Shown: piece after piece, positions 38,465 to 48,102 of the stretch
Numbering within the stretch: the first letter of the stretch is position 1
How the letters are laid out: every line of letters begins with the position of its first letter
Source: an uncultured archaeon
GTDB lineage: Archaea > Asgardarchaeota > Thorarchaeia > Thorarchaeales > Thorarchaeaceae
Assembly (NCBI GenBank): GCA_964610875.1
Contig: CAZSWP010000003.1
Location: forward strand, 1-48,102
Length of the DNA stretch: 48,102 nucleotides
Direction: 5' to 3'
Notes under the pieces: model-generated
Told to the model about the DNA's origin: nothing
Database searches by the model: none
What the model saw: the letters and a program-made list of their open reading frames with translations, nothing else
Program-made: the position numbers and the translations under genes

Positions 38465-39334
38465 CTAATATTTTCCAGCCTGCCCTGGAACTTCTTCGCG
38501 TGGTACTAATTCTAGTGCATCATGTTTACAGGCATGTCTACAAACACCACACCCGAAGCATTTGTCAAGGTCTACAATGACTCTGTCAATTGATGGTAGA
38601 TACCTTATTGCGTTGAACTGACACATTCTAACGCATGCCTTACATCCCTGACAATTGTCAGGATTTACTTTGATGACATATTCTGCTTTATATACAGTCT
38701 TAAGACCAAAATCGTTTCTGAGACGGAGACCTCCACATTCAGGACTCTCGCAGGAGCAAATGGCATTTATGTAGGGGACCGGTTGGAACCAGACTGATGC
38801 AACATATCCTTTCTTATTTTGTTCTTCTAGAGCTGCAATTGCTTCTTCACGGTCAAGTTTGTATTTCACATCTTTTGGAATGTATCTGTCAAGTTTTTCA
38901 ATGACCCCTGATAATTGTCCAAAATTGATGCATACTGCATCTTTAACGCCTCTTTGCATCCATCTACATACACAATAATTCTTGATTATTGGTTCAGCTG
39001 CAAGATTACCAAGTATATGTTGTGCATCCTCCATGGGAATGACCTGTCCAAAATGGCCATCAGCACGAATAGGATTTCTTCCATGACCCTCACTATGTAT
39101 CTGTCTTTCAGCAGCAGTACGAATCACACGTCCAACAATGGGCATCTGCATTTTGTAACCAAGTCCAATTGAACTGAAACCCATTATCTTACGTATGAAT
39201 AGTGTTTCCATTGCCTTCCATTGTTCTTCAAGGTATTCTCGCAGGTTGTATTGGTCAGCAAGCTCATCTGAGTAAAGCCGAGCATTTTCGTACCACTTTC
39301 CACCATCGCCGTGTTTTAGACACCATTCACACAT
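38465..39334 (-). CDS. 4Fe-4S dicluster protein with Cys-rich N-terminal domain
   Basis: MCEWCLKHG.GGKWY, CVCR, ICSC; CQGCKACVRMC and CFGCGVCRHAC. Confidence 0.9.
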   Translation of the reverse strand: MCEWCLKHGDGGKWYENARLYSDELADQYNLREYLEEQWKAMETLFIRKIMGFSSIGLGYKMQMPIVGRVIRTAAERQIHSEGHGRNPIRADGHFGQVIPMEDAQHILGNLAAEPIIKNYCVCRWMQRGVKDAVCINFGQLSGVIEKLDRYIPKDVKYKLDREEAIAALEEQNKKGYVASVWFQPVPYINAICSCESPECGGLRLRNDFGLKTVYKAEYVIKVNPDNCQGCKACVRMCQFNAIRYLPSIDRVIVDLDKCFGCGVCRHACKHDALELVPREEVPGQAGKY

Positions 39335-39531
39335 AGGTTGCACCTACTTGGAAGATTACACCAAAAGAAGCAATATTTAAGACTGGTTGGTATACGAGGC
39401 CAAAATTTCGGCAATTCCAGAACTCAATAGGGTTTGTGTTTTGATTAACACAATTTATTGATTACGTCTTTCTTTTCGTATTTGATGTATGATTTCACGA
39501 GTGCCAACGTCCTACAATTTTCTATACAACT

Positions 39532-40158
39532 ATGAAAAATGGTCATCTTGAAATAGCCACAAAAAGTCATTCTGTGTGTGACTTTAAATTCAAAGCTCCA
39601 AACTCATCACAGATGACCTCTACGCTGCGCTTGGTTGCTTCTGCATCTCGACCTTCCACCCCACTCTTTACTGATATGGATCGTATTGATCATATACATG
39701 CAGGTACTGAGCGTAGCTCTCTTTTTTCTATAGCAACTGATGATAGTCTTTCGTGGGTAGTACGAGAACCAGCTATTCTACAACTTGCAAGAAGAAAAGA
39801 CAATGATATTCTGGACGTCATCGAGTCCTTTTTGAATTCGGATGAAGAGAGAGAAAGAAGGACGGCAATTACTGCATTAACGTTACTCGGATCCGATGAT
39901 GCTCTAAATCGTTTGATTATGTTGTGCGCATGTTCTGTTTCAGAAGAGAGATTACTAATTCTGAATGCTCTTGCAAGTTGTCTAACTGCAGAGTTCATGC
40001 AACCGTTTAGTATTCTTGTTAGAGATTTGTTGAATTTGAAGAAAGTTGATGTGACTGGTTGGACTTCTACTGCAGTAAAGGTGCTTCGAGACACCTGTAG
40101 ACGTTTTGGAGTAAAGATACTCTCTAGTAAGAAGACTTTGGCCAGATTAGTAAAGTAA
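39532..40158 (+). CDS. hypothetical protein with HEAT-like helical repeats
   Basis: ERERRTAITALTLLGSDDALNRLI. Confidence 0.6.
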   Translation: MKNGHLEIATKSHSVCDFKFKAPNSSQMTSTLRLVASASRPSTPLFTDMDRIDHIHAGTERSSLFSIATDDSLSWVVREPAILQLARRKDNDILDVIESFLNSDEERERRTAITALTLLGSDDALNRLIMLCACSVSEERLLILNALASCLTAEFMQPFSILVRDLLNLKKVDVTGWTSTAVKVLRDTCRRFGVKILSSKKTLARLVK

Positions 40159-40231
40159 TGAATGATGGTAATGTTGATTTGTTGTGTTCATACCACATCG
40201 TACATATTTCAAACAGTACGTGTTACAGATA

Positions 40232-41833
40232 ATGCCTGAAAAAGTGACTGACTACAAATTGCATAGAGAGATAATTGACGCACTATTATCTTCGGAAAAA
40301 CCACTTGATAAAAGAACAATAAACCGTTTGAAAAACAGAATCTGTGGAAGATACCATGTATCGAGAATTCCATCAAATGCGGATGTTTTACAAGCTGCTA
40401 TACCAGAAGAAGTTGAGTTGCTACGTCCATTTCTTCTGAAACGTCCAGTTAGAACGATATCTGGTGTTGCGGTAATAGCAGCCATGACAAGACCTCATGA
40501 GTGCCCACATGGAAAATGTGCATACTGTCCAGGAGGTCCTGATCAAGGAGTGCCTCAAAGTTATACGGGACATGAACCGGCAACTATGCGTGGTATTCAA
40601 CATGATTTCGATTCATATAATCAGGTGTTAAGTCGACTAAATCAGTTGAAAACGATTGGACATAGTATCGGAAAAATAGAATTGATAGTCATGGGTGGTG
40701 ACTGGTGTTCGAAACCATCAGAATACCGAATAGGGTTTGTGAAAGGCTGTCTTGATGCAATGAATGGGTTTGTGGCAGATAATATAGAAAAGGCGCAAAA
40801 GTATAATGAAACTGCAAATATACGAAATACCGGGATTACCTTTGAAACAAGACCAGATCAGATAACAACTGAAAATATCGATGATATGCTACAGAAAGGA
40901 GCAACTCGCATTGAAATCGGAGTACAAACACTTTCTGATGATATACTTGAGTATGTAGAGCGTGGACATGACTCTCAATGTAGTGCTGATGCAACAAAAT
41001 TGATTCGTGACAGTGGATTGAAAATCTGCTATCATATCATGCCAGGACTTCCAAACAGTTCCATTGAAAAGGACCTTGAAACCTTCGATGAATTGTTTTC
41101 AGACTCTAGATTTCGTCCTGATATGCTCAAGATTTATCCCACTATTGTAGTTAAGAATACAAAACTTTACGATTGGTGGAAGAAGGGTATATACCAACCA
41201 TACAACACATCAGAGATAGTATCACTTGTTGCAGATGCAGTTAGTGAAATGCCGGAATATGTTAGAATACAAAGGATGCAAAGAGATATCCCACTTCATC
41301 AAATTGAAGCTGGCTTGGATAAGGGCAATCTAAGGGAACTTGTACAACAAGAATTAGATTTACGAGGCTTAAGAAATCCAACAATTAGGCATCGGGAAGT
41401 TGGACATTATATGTTGCGGAATGACCTCGATTTTGGTACACTGAACTTCATTTCTATGCATAGAAAATACGAGGCATCGAATGGCGAGGAGGTGTTCCTT
41501 TCTGTTGAAGATGATGAATTGGACGTGATAATTGGTTTTTTGCGGTTACGCTATCCAGGTGATAAAGCTCATAGAGCAGAGGTACAAGAGAAGCCGTGTA
41601 TGATTATTCGCGAACTTCGGGTGCATGGACCAGCAGTAAAAGTTGGAACTAGAGCACCTGATACTTTTCAGCACTTGGGGATAGGAGAAAAGTTAGTTGA
41701 AGAAGCCCTTAGAGTTGCGAGGGAAGATTATCAAGCGAAAAGAGTACTTGTAAATTCAGGGATCGGAGTAAAAGAATATTATAGGTCCCTTGGATTTGAG
41801 GACATTGGACCATATCTGAAAAGGAATCTGTGA
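40232..41833 (+). CDS. elp3: tRNA U34 carboxymethylation enzyme Elp3 (radical SAM plus KAT)
   Basis: RTISGVA, CPHGKCAYCPGG, QSYTGHEP, ETRPD, LKIYP, RELRVHG, QHLGIG. Confidence 0.97.
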   Translation: MPEKVTDYKLHREIIDALLSSEKPLDKRTINRLKNRICGRYHVSRIPSNADVLQAAIPEEVELLRPFLLKRPVRTISGVAVIAAMTRPHECPHGKCAYCPGGPDQGVPQSYTGHEPATMRGIQHDFDSYNQVLSRLNQLKTIGHSIGKIELIVMGGDWCSKPSEYRIGFVKGCLDAMNGFVADNIEKAQKYNETANIRNTGITFETRPDQITTENIDDMLQKGATRIEIGVQTLSDDILEYVERGHDSQCSADATKLIRDSGLKICYHIMPGLPNSSIEKDLETFDELFSDSRFRPDMLKIYPTIVVKNTKLYDWWKKGIYQPYNTSEIVSLVADAVSEMPEYVRIQRMQRDIPLHQIEAGLDKGNLRELVQQELDLRGLRNPTIRHREVGHYMLRNDLDFGTLNFISMHRKYEASNGEEVFLSVEDDELDVIIGFLRLRYPGDKAHRAEVQEKPCMIIRELRVHGPAVKVGTRAPDTFQHLGIGEKLVEEALRVAREDYQAKRVLVNSGIGVKEYYRSLGFEDIGPYLKRNL

Positions 41834-41860
41834 AATTATCGATTTTGGAACGAAAGGATT

Positions 41861-41978
41861 TGGCGCCAGGGAGGAGATATATTCGATTCGGACGTAGTGT
41901 CTGAATCATTGAACTCCTGCGTGCTAAGCACACCGGTTTTCAAGACCGGCGCCTTAATCCGGGCTTGGCTACCCTGGC
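41861..41978 (-). tRNA. tRNA-Ser(TGA) with T-loop intron (41879-41908), CCA encoded
   Basis: GCCAGGG/CCCTGGC acceptor, CCGGT-CTTGAAA-ACCGG, variable arm GTGC-TTA-GCAC, AGGAG-TTCAA|AT-CTCCT, discriminator G. Confidence 0.93.
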
Positions 41979-42057
41979 TTGATTTCAAACAGTCCCGGTC
42001 ATTGAAGGCAGACAATTGGAACTCCTTTTAAGCTTCCTGTAGAGCTAAAGCATTGAG

Positions 42058-42501
42058 GTGGAAAAGATTCCTGATTGTGGTTTCAAATTTCATGACCACA
42101 CTGCGGATATCACAGTTCAAGCATGGGCACCAAGTTTAGAGGACGCTTTTTCACAATGTGCACTTGCCACATTTGAGGTCATTCTAGATACTGCAACTAT
42201 AAGCCCTGAAGAGTCACTCAATGTATCAGTCAGCGGTGTTGATTTGAAAGAGCTTCTAGTTGAATGGATAGGATACCTTCTTTCTTTGATTGATATCAAT
42301 TATCAATTCTATTCACGATTTGATGTGGACAGTATTGAAAAGACAGATAATGACTACACTCTCACTGCCACTATCTGGGGAGAGGATATTAGTCACGAAA
42401 AACATGATACGAGAACCGAGGTCAAGGCAATTACGTATGCAGACATGAAAATAGAGAGAACAACGGATAAGATTACAATCTGGTTCACACTGGATCTATG
42501 A
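42058..42501 (+). CDS. archease (RtcB cofactor)
   Basis: DHTADI and EVKAITY motifs. Confidence 0.95.
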   Translation: MEKIPDCGFKFHDHTADITVQAWAPSLEDAFSQCALATFEVILDTATISPEESLNVSVSGVDLKELLVEWIGYLLSLIDINYQFYSRFDVDSIEKTDNDYTLTATIWGEDISHEKHDTRTEVKAITYADMKIERTTDKITIWFTLDL

Positions 42502-42513
42502 AGAGGATTAGTT

Positions 42514-43371
42514 ATGACCCTCAGATTGGCATTACCGGACACTGCGCTAATTGATTGTACAGACTTGAAACAAAAGACTATCAAGATTGGCCAAATAGCA
42601 AGGTCTGCAGCTGTGTTTAGAGTTGAAGAGATTGTCATTTATTCAACTGAAGTGGACCATCAAGAGAGAGAGGCGGATATTGCATTGTTTTCAACAGTGC
42701 TAAGGTATATGGACACACCCCAGTATCTTAGAAAAGCTGTCTTCCCGAGAATGCCCATTCTCAGGTATGCAGGAATTCTTCCCCCATTGAGAACAAAAAG
42801 TCATCCATTGAATTTGAAAATTGATAGGGTTGTGGATAATGAAGTAAGATGGGGAACATCAGTTGGAAAAGATTTGGTCGATATTGGCCTCGAAAAAAGA
42901 ATACCATATAGCGGCCTATTAAAAAAGAGGGGTCCTACTCTATTTAGAACTAGAAGAACAGATTCTACAATCAAATTAGAGAGAATCGAGAGGAAAGATG
43001 TAGAGACCTATTTTGGTTTCGCAGTAACTACTACCAATGATCTGGTAGGGTATCTCAATGATTCTATGATAGGGACGAGGGTTGCTTTTTCAAGGAAGGG
43101 AATTCCATTCAAGAGTGTTGAAGTAGATTTGGCAGCGAGTGTAGATTCAACAAAATCGATAATTGCAATATTTGGAGGGCCACAAAGAGGCCTTAGAGAA
43201 CTTTTCCCTGACAATGAGAGTGTGAAGATTTCTATTGATTTTTGGATTAATTCCATTCCTGATCAAGGAACAGAAACTGTAAGACTTGAAGAAGCCGTTA
43301 ATGCTTCGTTGGCATTGATAAATATCAAAATGGGCGATGTTATTGCCAAATCAGGATACTATCCAGCATAG
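42514..43371 (+). CDS. SPOUT RNA methyltransferase (DUF171 / C9orf114-like)
   Basis: IARSAAVFRV, TPQYLRK, AGILPPL, FGGP, PDQGTETVRLEEA. Confidence 0.92.
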   Translation: MTLRLALPDTALIDCTDLKQKTIKIGQIARSAAVFRVEEIVIYSTEVDHQEREADIALFSTVLRYMDTPQYLRKAVFPRMPILRYAGILPPLRTKSHPLNLKIDRVVDNEVRWGTSVGKDLVDIGLEKRIPYSGLLKKRGPTLFRTRRTDSTIKLERIERKDVETYFGFAVTTTNDLVGYLNDSMIGTRVAFSRKGIPFKSVEVDLAASVDSTKSIIAIFGGPQRGLRELFPDNESVKISIDFWINSIPDQGTETVRLEEAVNASLALINIKMGDVIAKSGYYPA

Positions 43372-43388
43372 TCAAAAGGAACTCTAAA

Positions 43389-45407
43389 TTATCGTTCTAT
43401 TTCTCGTTGATATTTTTCAACTAATTCAACAAGTTGGTCTTCACTCTTTTGTCGTGCTTTTTCTTTCACTTCCTTTATGAAATCTTGAAGTTGTTGCTCG
43501 AACTTTTTGCGGTCGATAAAAGCGAATTCGTCTATTCTTTGTAAATCAACGATATCAGCTTTGATAACAGGGATTGAAAATTTTACTAGTTCATCAACAG
43601 CCAAATGTGATAATGGTGTATCTACAACCACAGCTCTAATTCTACGATTTATAAGGAGGTGTGCTGTTTGAGGGCCTCCACCGGATGCATCCTCAAATAG
43701 TACAATATCACCCTCTTTGAAACCAATTCTGCATTCGTACTCTTCAATTGATTCTCTTGAAAAATGAGGGACAGACTTGATTGCAATCATATCGCCACGC
43801 ATTTCAAGACGCTTTACTCCCTTTAACTTCTCAAGGCGCCCTCGTAATTTCTTAATTCGCTTACGTAGCTTGCTACTTTCCTTTCTAGCCTTTCTCAACT
43901 GGACATCCTTGTTAGCAACCTCTCTATCTCGTTTTACTTTCCAGTAATTTTCCTTTTTTATAATTTCAAGGCTATGAGTGAGTTCACTCTCCCTAAAACG
44001 TGAATATTCAACAAGCCGTTGCATGTCCTCAAGCTTCGTTTCCAAAATGATATTTTCCTCTTCAATGCCAACTAACTTTTCTCTTAGGGAGTCAAATGTT
44101 TCTTGGGTCAGAGGTTCTTCTTTGTCTTTTGGAGTAGGTAATACTTCAGGGACTTGTGATTCTTCACGGGTGATTTCTGCTATTGCTTCATTAATGGGCA
44201 TCCCTTTAATCACCAGTGCTTTGAGATGATTCCTGTCCAGTTGCAGCTCTTCGTCTCTGACTTTCTTGTCAATTTGTTCCAACTTTGGAAGAAGACTTCT
44301 GTATGCATAAACTGCAGCGGTGAGAGCATCACGCTCATGAGCATTTCGAAGCTTTATTTCTTCGGCATATTCCCTAGCAATCTCATTCTTCTCTGCCACA
44401 GGTATGGGTTTGTTGGGAGTATACACATCTGCATTGACAGTACTAGCAATCTTTTCCACAAAATGAGGTGTCTTAGGTACATCTGAAGCAAGTAGAACAG
44501 GAATACCATGTTCGTATACTATACGCAGAATATCAGCACGAACCATACGTTTCCTACTTTTTACAAAATGTATTTTTCCTGACAATGTCAGAAGACATAT
44601 GGCAGCAGTTGTTCCAGGGTCAACTCCGAGGATGAAGTACTTTGGTGCTATTCTTGTTGGTACAGGTTTGGGTTCTAAAGGAAGAAACTCCACCCTTTTT
44701 CGAACTGGAGAAACTAGAATATTGAAATCCCCACCTCTTTTCGATTCGATTAGTCCTTTTATTACGGGAAAAGGAGCATAGCTGACAATTCTGGCACTTG
44801 CATATCCAAAGTCCGATGAACGGACATCTATGTCATATTTGATCTCAGCAGTCTTTAGTTCGTGTTCAATATGACGTGTCATCTGTTGTATTAGAGACTG
44901 GATTTTTCGGCGGTATCTATTTGCACTCTGGCCGCCCCTACCCATCTTTCGTCCTCTTGTGACTTTAATTTCAGTCTGTTCGCTAAAACATTCTAATGTA
45001 TAACCAACACCCCTTGATGCTAACTCGGCTGCCAATAATGCTGACTCTAGAGGATTTGGTTTTCCTTTTATTTTGAAACCATGTCTTCGTGCAAGGGTTT
45101 TGAGAGGTATCTGTTTTGGAGGGACACCTGTCACTTGTATTATCTTTGTGTTTAAGGGGATTCTATCAACAAGCTTGAATAGAGATTTGCTATCTGACAC
45201 TATTTCAAATATGTTATCCGTCGCAAGGTAGTCGGGTTCCAATTCTCTTACTGTCCTAAGTAATCCACCTCTGGATATCTCTGATTTTTCAGATAGAATA
45301 GTACCGTTTCTAAAAACAACATAAGCGAATTTAGGAGCAGTTTTTGACCTGGGGCTGTATGAAGGGAGAATGTCAAATCCAATGATTAATTCATTGCCTT
45401 CGCCCAT
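43389..45407 (-). CDS. DUF460 domain protein (RNase H-like fold, coiled coil)
   Basis: GRGGQSANRYRR, LGVDPGTT, HERDALTAA. Confidence 0.92.
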   Translation of the reverse strand: MGEGNELIIGFDILPSYSPRSKTAPKFAYVVFRNGTILSEKSEISRGGLLRTVRELEPDYLATDNIFEIVSDSKSLFKLVDRIPLNTKIIQVTGVPPKQIPLKTLARRHGFKIKGKPNPLESALLAAELASRGVGYTLECFSEQTEIKVTRGRKMGRGGQSANRYRRKIQSLIQQMTRHIEHELKTAEIKYDIDVRSSDFGYASARIVSYAPFPVIKGLIESKRGGDFNILVSPVRKRVEFLPLEPKPVPTRIAPKYFILGVDPGTTAAICLLTLSGKIHFVKSRKRMVRADILRIVYEHGIPVLLASDVPKTPHFVEKIASTVNADVYTPNKPIPVAEKNEIAREYAEEIKLRNAHERDALTAAVYAYRSLLPKLEQIDKKVRDEELQLDRNHLKALVIKGMPINEAIAEITREESQVPEVLPTPKDKEEPLTQETFDSLREKLVGIEEENIILETKLEDMQRLVEYSRFRESELTHSLEIIKKENYWKVKRDREVANKDVQLRKARKESSKLRKRIKKLRGRLEKLKGVKRLEMRGDMIAIKSVPHFSRESIEEYECRIGFKEGDIVLFEDASGGGPQTAHLLINRRIRAVVVDTPLSHLAVDELVKFSIPVIKADIVDLQRIDEFAFIDRKKFEQQLQDFIKEVKEKARQKSEDQLVELVEKYQREIER

Positions 45408-45552
45408 ATGTCAAACACTAGTATTTTTTTCATTAGTGATGCTATAAGCATTGACATCAAACCATACTATTCGTTTTGTTCCTTTTCCTTAACAACAACT
45501 ATATTAAACCCGTTTTTTTAAGAAATATCACACTGATGCGAGGTGCAAGAAA

Positions 45553-45831
45553 CTGTCAGAAACTCTTGAAATTAGCAGTGAGAATGATATACTACGAATA
45601 GGACGTGCACTTTCATCGGGCACTCGCCTGAAAATTCTTCATCTACTCCTTGAAGGAGAACGTGATGTCACTAGGGTTGCGCGTCATCTTGGTGGTACAG
45701 AAGCAAATGCTAGTGCTCAAATCAAAATTTTGTCAGAAGCAGGCCTGCTTGATTGTCGTTATGAACCAGGACAACATGGCTTGAAGAAGATATCCAAGAC
45801 AAAAGTTAAACGTATCATAATAGACATTTAA
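45553..45831 (+). CDS. ArsR family regulator with CTG start (absent from the ORF track)
   Basis: ALSSGTRLKILHLLLEGERDVTRVARHLGGTEANASAQIKILSEAGLL; GAGGTG SD upstream; in-frame TAA at 45505 with no ATG/GTG/TTG between it and the domain. Confidence 0.88.
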   Translation: MSETLEISSENDILRIGRALSSGTRLKILHLLLEGERDVTRVARHLGGTEANASAQIKILSEAGLLDCRYEPGQHGLKKISKTKVKRIIIDI

Positions 45832-45862
45832 GAATTCAAATTGCGGGTTATATCTTTTAGAA

Positions 45863-46435
45863 TCAATCTGAAATGAGATATGCACGCCATCGTTCGATCC
45901 TACGTAAGATATTACTTCTTTCTTCGTCTCTTATTCCTCGAGAGCCTCGTGCTCTCAGGAATTTGAGGACAATATCCATATCACGCGAAACCTTCACATT
46001 TGGACGGTCTTTGGTTATGAGGGAGGTTTTTGCAGCTTGAAGGTACTCAGCCAGTACTTCTGCTGGGGACTCACCTGTCTTAATTTCATGCACTATTGGA
46101 TCAAGATGGCGAGATACTGTTGCCAAGGTCAATATTTCTGGTACTGTTTCATCAGGTGAGGTCATCTCTATACTTAAAGGGGGGACATGATCAATAGGTT
46201 CGGATTTTGTTTCTTCAGACTCCACATCTGAGTGCGTTTCCACTGATAATCTGCTTGTTTCTTTTTCGATACGAGAGAAAATGGTTGCCGAGGGAATACT
46301 AGAAGTGTCATCCATTGGAAGGATTCTGCTAACACGTACCCTGAGTTCATGAAACTCTTCAAAGAGCTCGGTCAGTTTTGACTGTATTTTATCAATCATT
46401 ATTTTTAATTCTTCAATTTCTTGTTCTTCTGTCAA
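45863..46435 (-). CDS. hypothetical protein with N-terminal coiled coil
   Basis: 190-aa ORF, GAGGT SD before the TTG. Confidence 0.72.
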   Translation of the reverse strand: MTEEQEIEELKIMIDKIQSKLTELFEEFHELRVRVSRILPMDDTSSIPSATIFSRIEKETSRLSVETHSDVESEETKSEPIDHVPPLSIEMTSPDETVPEILTLATVSRHLDPIVHEIKTGESPAEVLAEYLQAAKTSLITKDRPNVKVSRDMDIVLKFLRARGSRGIRDEERSNILRRIERWRAYLISD

Positions 46436-46517
46436 CCATTGTAACCTCGATTAAGATACATGACTTGTAATGGATTCAACCGGATTGACTTATCAGAGTT
46501 GTGTGGTCAAAGGTTCA

Positions 46518-48032
46518 TTAACGGTCAGCTTTTCTTATAGCCTCCAACAGTGAGTCACTACTATCTTGAGGGTCATATTTTCTTCGACGTATTTTAACAA
46601 ATGTTGGTACAGCAACAGTTTCACCTACAAAGAGTGCTTCGCCAACCTCTAATGTTGTTATTGTATCAAGTGCGGGTCTGTCTATTCCTTCACTTGACCG
46701 ACCTACATGGTCAAGGTCATATGGATTGGTCATTTTTAGGATGACTTGATTACTGCATTGACTAAGGACGGTAGTGGATAGTCTTACAGGTCGTTGGGTA
46801 ATTAGACATAAGAGTGCATGAAACTTTCTACCTTCACGTGCTATAGTTTCAATTCTTGATTTAGGCAAAGCAAGTTCTTTTCTGCTTTCTGGACAGAATT
46901 GATGAGCTTCCTCTAGAACTAATAAGAACGGAGGAATCTTTCCTTGTCTTCGATGATAAAGAAGTTCACCAATAATGTGAGATACCACGATTTGTTTTTT
47001 CTTAAGACTGATGAAATCACTAAGGTCAATGAGGGTGATTTTTCCTGGCCTCACGATGTTTTTTACTTCAGGGACTGCATCCTTTCCAAAGAGACCAGTA
47101 TCATCGAGAGTAGCAATCCAACCGATCAACGCCTCTCTGGTATTCTTACTTATTGTTTCGTCATCTTTGATATGATTTATCACGTCCGCTAGTGTGTAAG
47201 AAGAGATTCCCATGGCCTTCATTTCAGAGATGGAACGTCGAAGGTCTCGGACTTGCACGCCACTCATTCCTGCAACAAGAGAGGCAATAGCTTCAGCAGA
47301 GAGTGTACTCACTGGGATCTGTATATGACTGCCGCGTAGATGTTCTATTTCAAAATTGTCTGAACTACGATTTAGTAACTCTGGTTTGATTTTTGTGAGG
47401 TAGGTATATTCACCATGAGTGTCGATTACAATTGTTGCAAGTCGTCCTTGCTCTTTGGACCGTGAGAGTATTTCCTCAAGGAGAACAGACACAAAATAGG
47501 ATTTTCCTGCACCACTCATAGCAAGTACTGCAAGATGTTTTGAAAGTAATCTAGTAACGGACGGTTTGAATCTAAGCTCATGATATGCAATAGTACCAAT
47601 ATCTAATCCTTCTGTTGTATCCAGTTTTAGGAACTTAGCCAGCAGTTCTGGTTCAGCTTTTCTAACTGTAGCCCCAGGAGATACTGCCATATATGGGCGA
47701 ATGGACCGCCCTTCAGCCCACACCCCCATGACTCGTGCCTGTGCTACGGTATATTGCCAACGGTCTGTTGGAAAAATCGCTCGTAGAGGCTCTCCTCTTG
47801 ATTGATACTCTCGGACAGCTTCAGCTTGCTGGAAGTATCGGTTTGTTCTGGTTAAATCCTGAACCCTAGCAATTACTATACCATCAGACATGACAACAAT
47901 GACAAATTCACCCCTACGAACAATTGTTGATTCAATATTTCCTTCAACGACAAAAGAAAAATTCATGACATTGGGGTCCTTGTCCGTACAGACTACAGTC
48001 CCAATTCTTTGTGTATAATCACTATCAGTCAT
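46518..48032 (-). CDS. herA: HerA bipolar helicase/ATPase
   Basis: HAS barrel, AMSGAGKS, IDTHGEY, LEEAH, EGRKF, TQRP. Confidence 0.93.
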   Translation of the reverse strand: MTDSDYTQRIGTVVCTDKDPNVMNFSFVVEGNIESTIVRRGEFVIVVMSDGIVIARVQDLTRTNRYFQQAEAVREYQSRGEPLRAIFPTDRWQYTVAQARVMGVWAEGRSIRPYMAVSPGATVRKAEPELLAKFLKLDTTEGLDIGTIAYHELRFKPSVTRLLSKHLAVLAMSGAGKSYFVSVLLEEILSRSKEQGRLATIVIDTHGEYTYLTKIKPELLNRSSDNFEIEHLRGSHIQIPVSTLSAEAIASLVAGMSGVQVRDLRRSISEMKAMGISSYTLADVINHIKDDETISKNTREALIGWIATLDDTGLFGKDAVPEVKNIVRPGKITLIDLSDFISLKKKQIVVSHIIGELLYHRRQGKIPPFLLVLEEAHQFCPESRKELALPKSRIETIAREGRKFHALLCLITQRPVRLSTTVLSQCSNQVILKMTNPYDLDHVGRSSEGIDRPALDTITTLEVGEALFVGETVAVPTFVKIRRRKYDPQDSSDSLLEAIRKADR

Positions 48033-48036
48033 ATTA

Positions 48037-48102
48037 TCAACCTCCAAAGGGATTCCTCGATCGCCTTTTTTCCAGCAGCGAAAGACGCGCCCCCCTTTCC
48101 CT
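48037..48102 (-). CDS. 3' end of the upstream gene, plausibly NurA (partial)
   Basis: Open frame ...RLSLLEKRRSRNPFGG* ends just before herA; nurA identity inferred from usual synteny only. Confidence 0.5.
   Translation of the reverse strand, partial: RERGARLSLLEKRRSRNPFGG

Noticed and set aside
39481-39491. TTTGATGTATG matches 11 nt of the putative TnpB guide region (15792-15802)
   Set aside because: Short and AT-rich, does not extend, and is compatible with chance.
41861-41978. Possible tRNA-Sec
   Set aside because: Anticodon is TGA (Ser), not TCA, and the acceptor stem is a normal 7 bp.

Overview
Archaeal chromosomal segment. The gene set (rpl15e-Rpp30-Pop5, archease, Elp3, HerA, BHB-intron tRNAs) is archaeal, and the multi-intron tRNAs and wHTH/RAM repeat proteins fit an Asgard lineage, probably Thorarchaeia; the lineage is inference, not a database result. 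Most of the window is housekeeping: YchF, SerA-like dehydrogenase, class III RNR, PolX, HDAC/AcuC, an ABC exporter, ferredoxins and tRNA-processing genes. It has three tRNAs (iMet, Leu-CAA, Ser-UGA) with five introns in total, three at non-canonical positions. The most unusual part is about 11.8-17.7 kb. A solo 607-aa TnpB-like nuclease with a Fanzor-type rearranged RuvC site sits upstream of an orphan mvhD. Downstream of mvhD are three clear copies and one weak copy of the mvhD 3' end (KIGPNPIRL*), which separate small cargo blocks: a wHTH switch, a PIN toxin-antitoxin pair and a TIGR04076 gene. Features missed by the ORF track include an operon of three related micropeptides (30049-30385), a CTG-initiated ArsR gene, a structured rpl15e leader and paired TrmB-type operator palindromes. 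All calls were made by eye; no searches were run.
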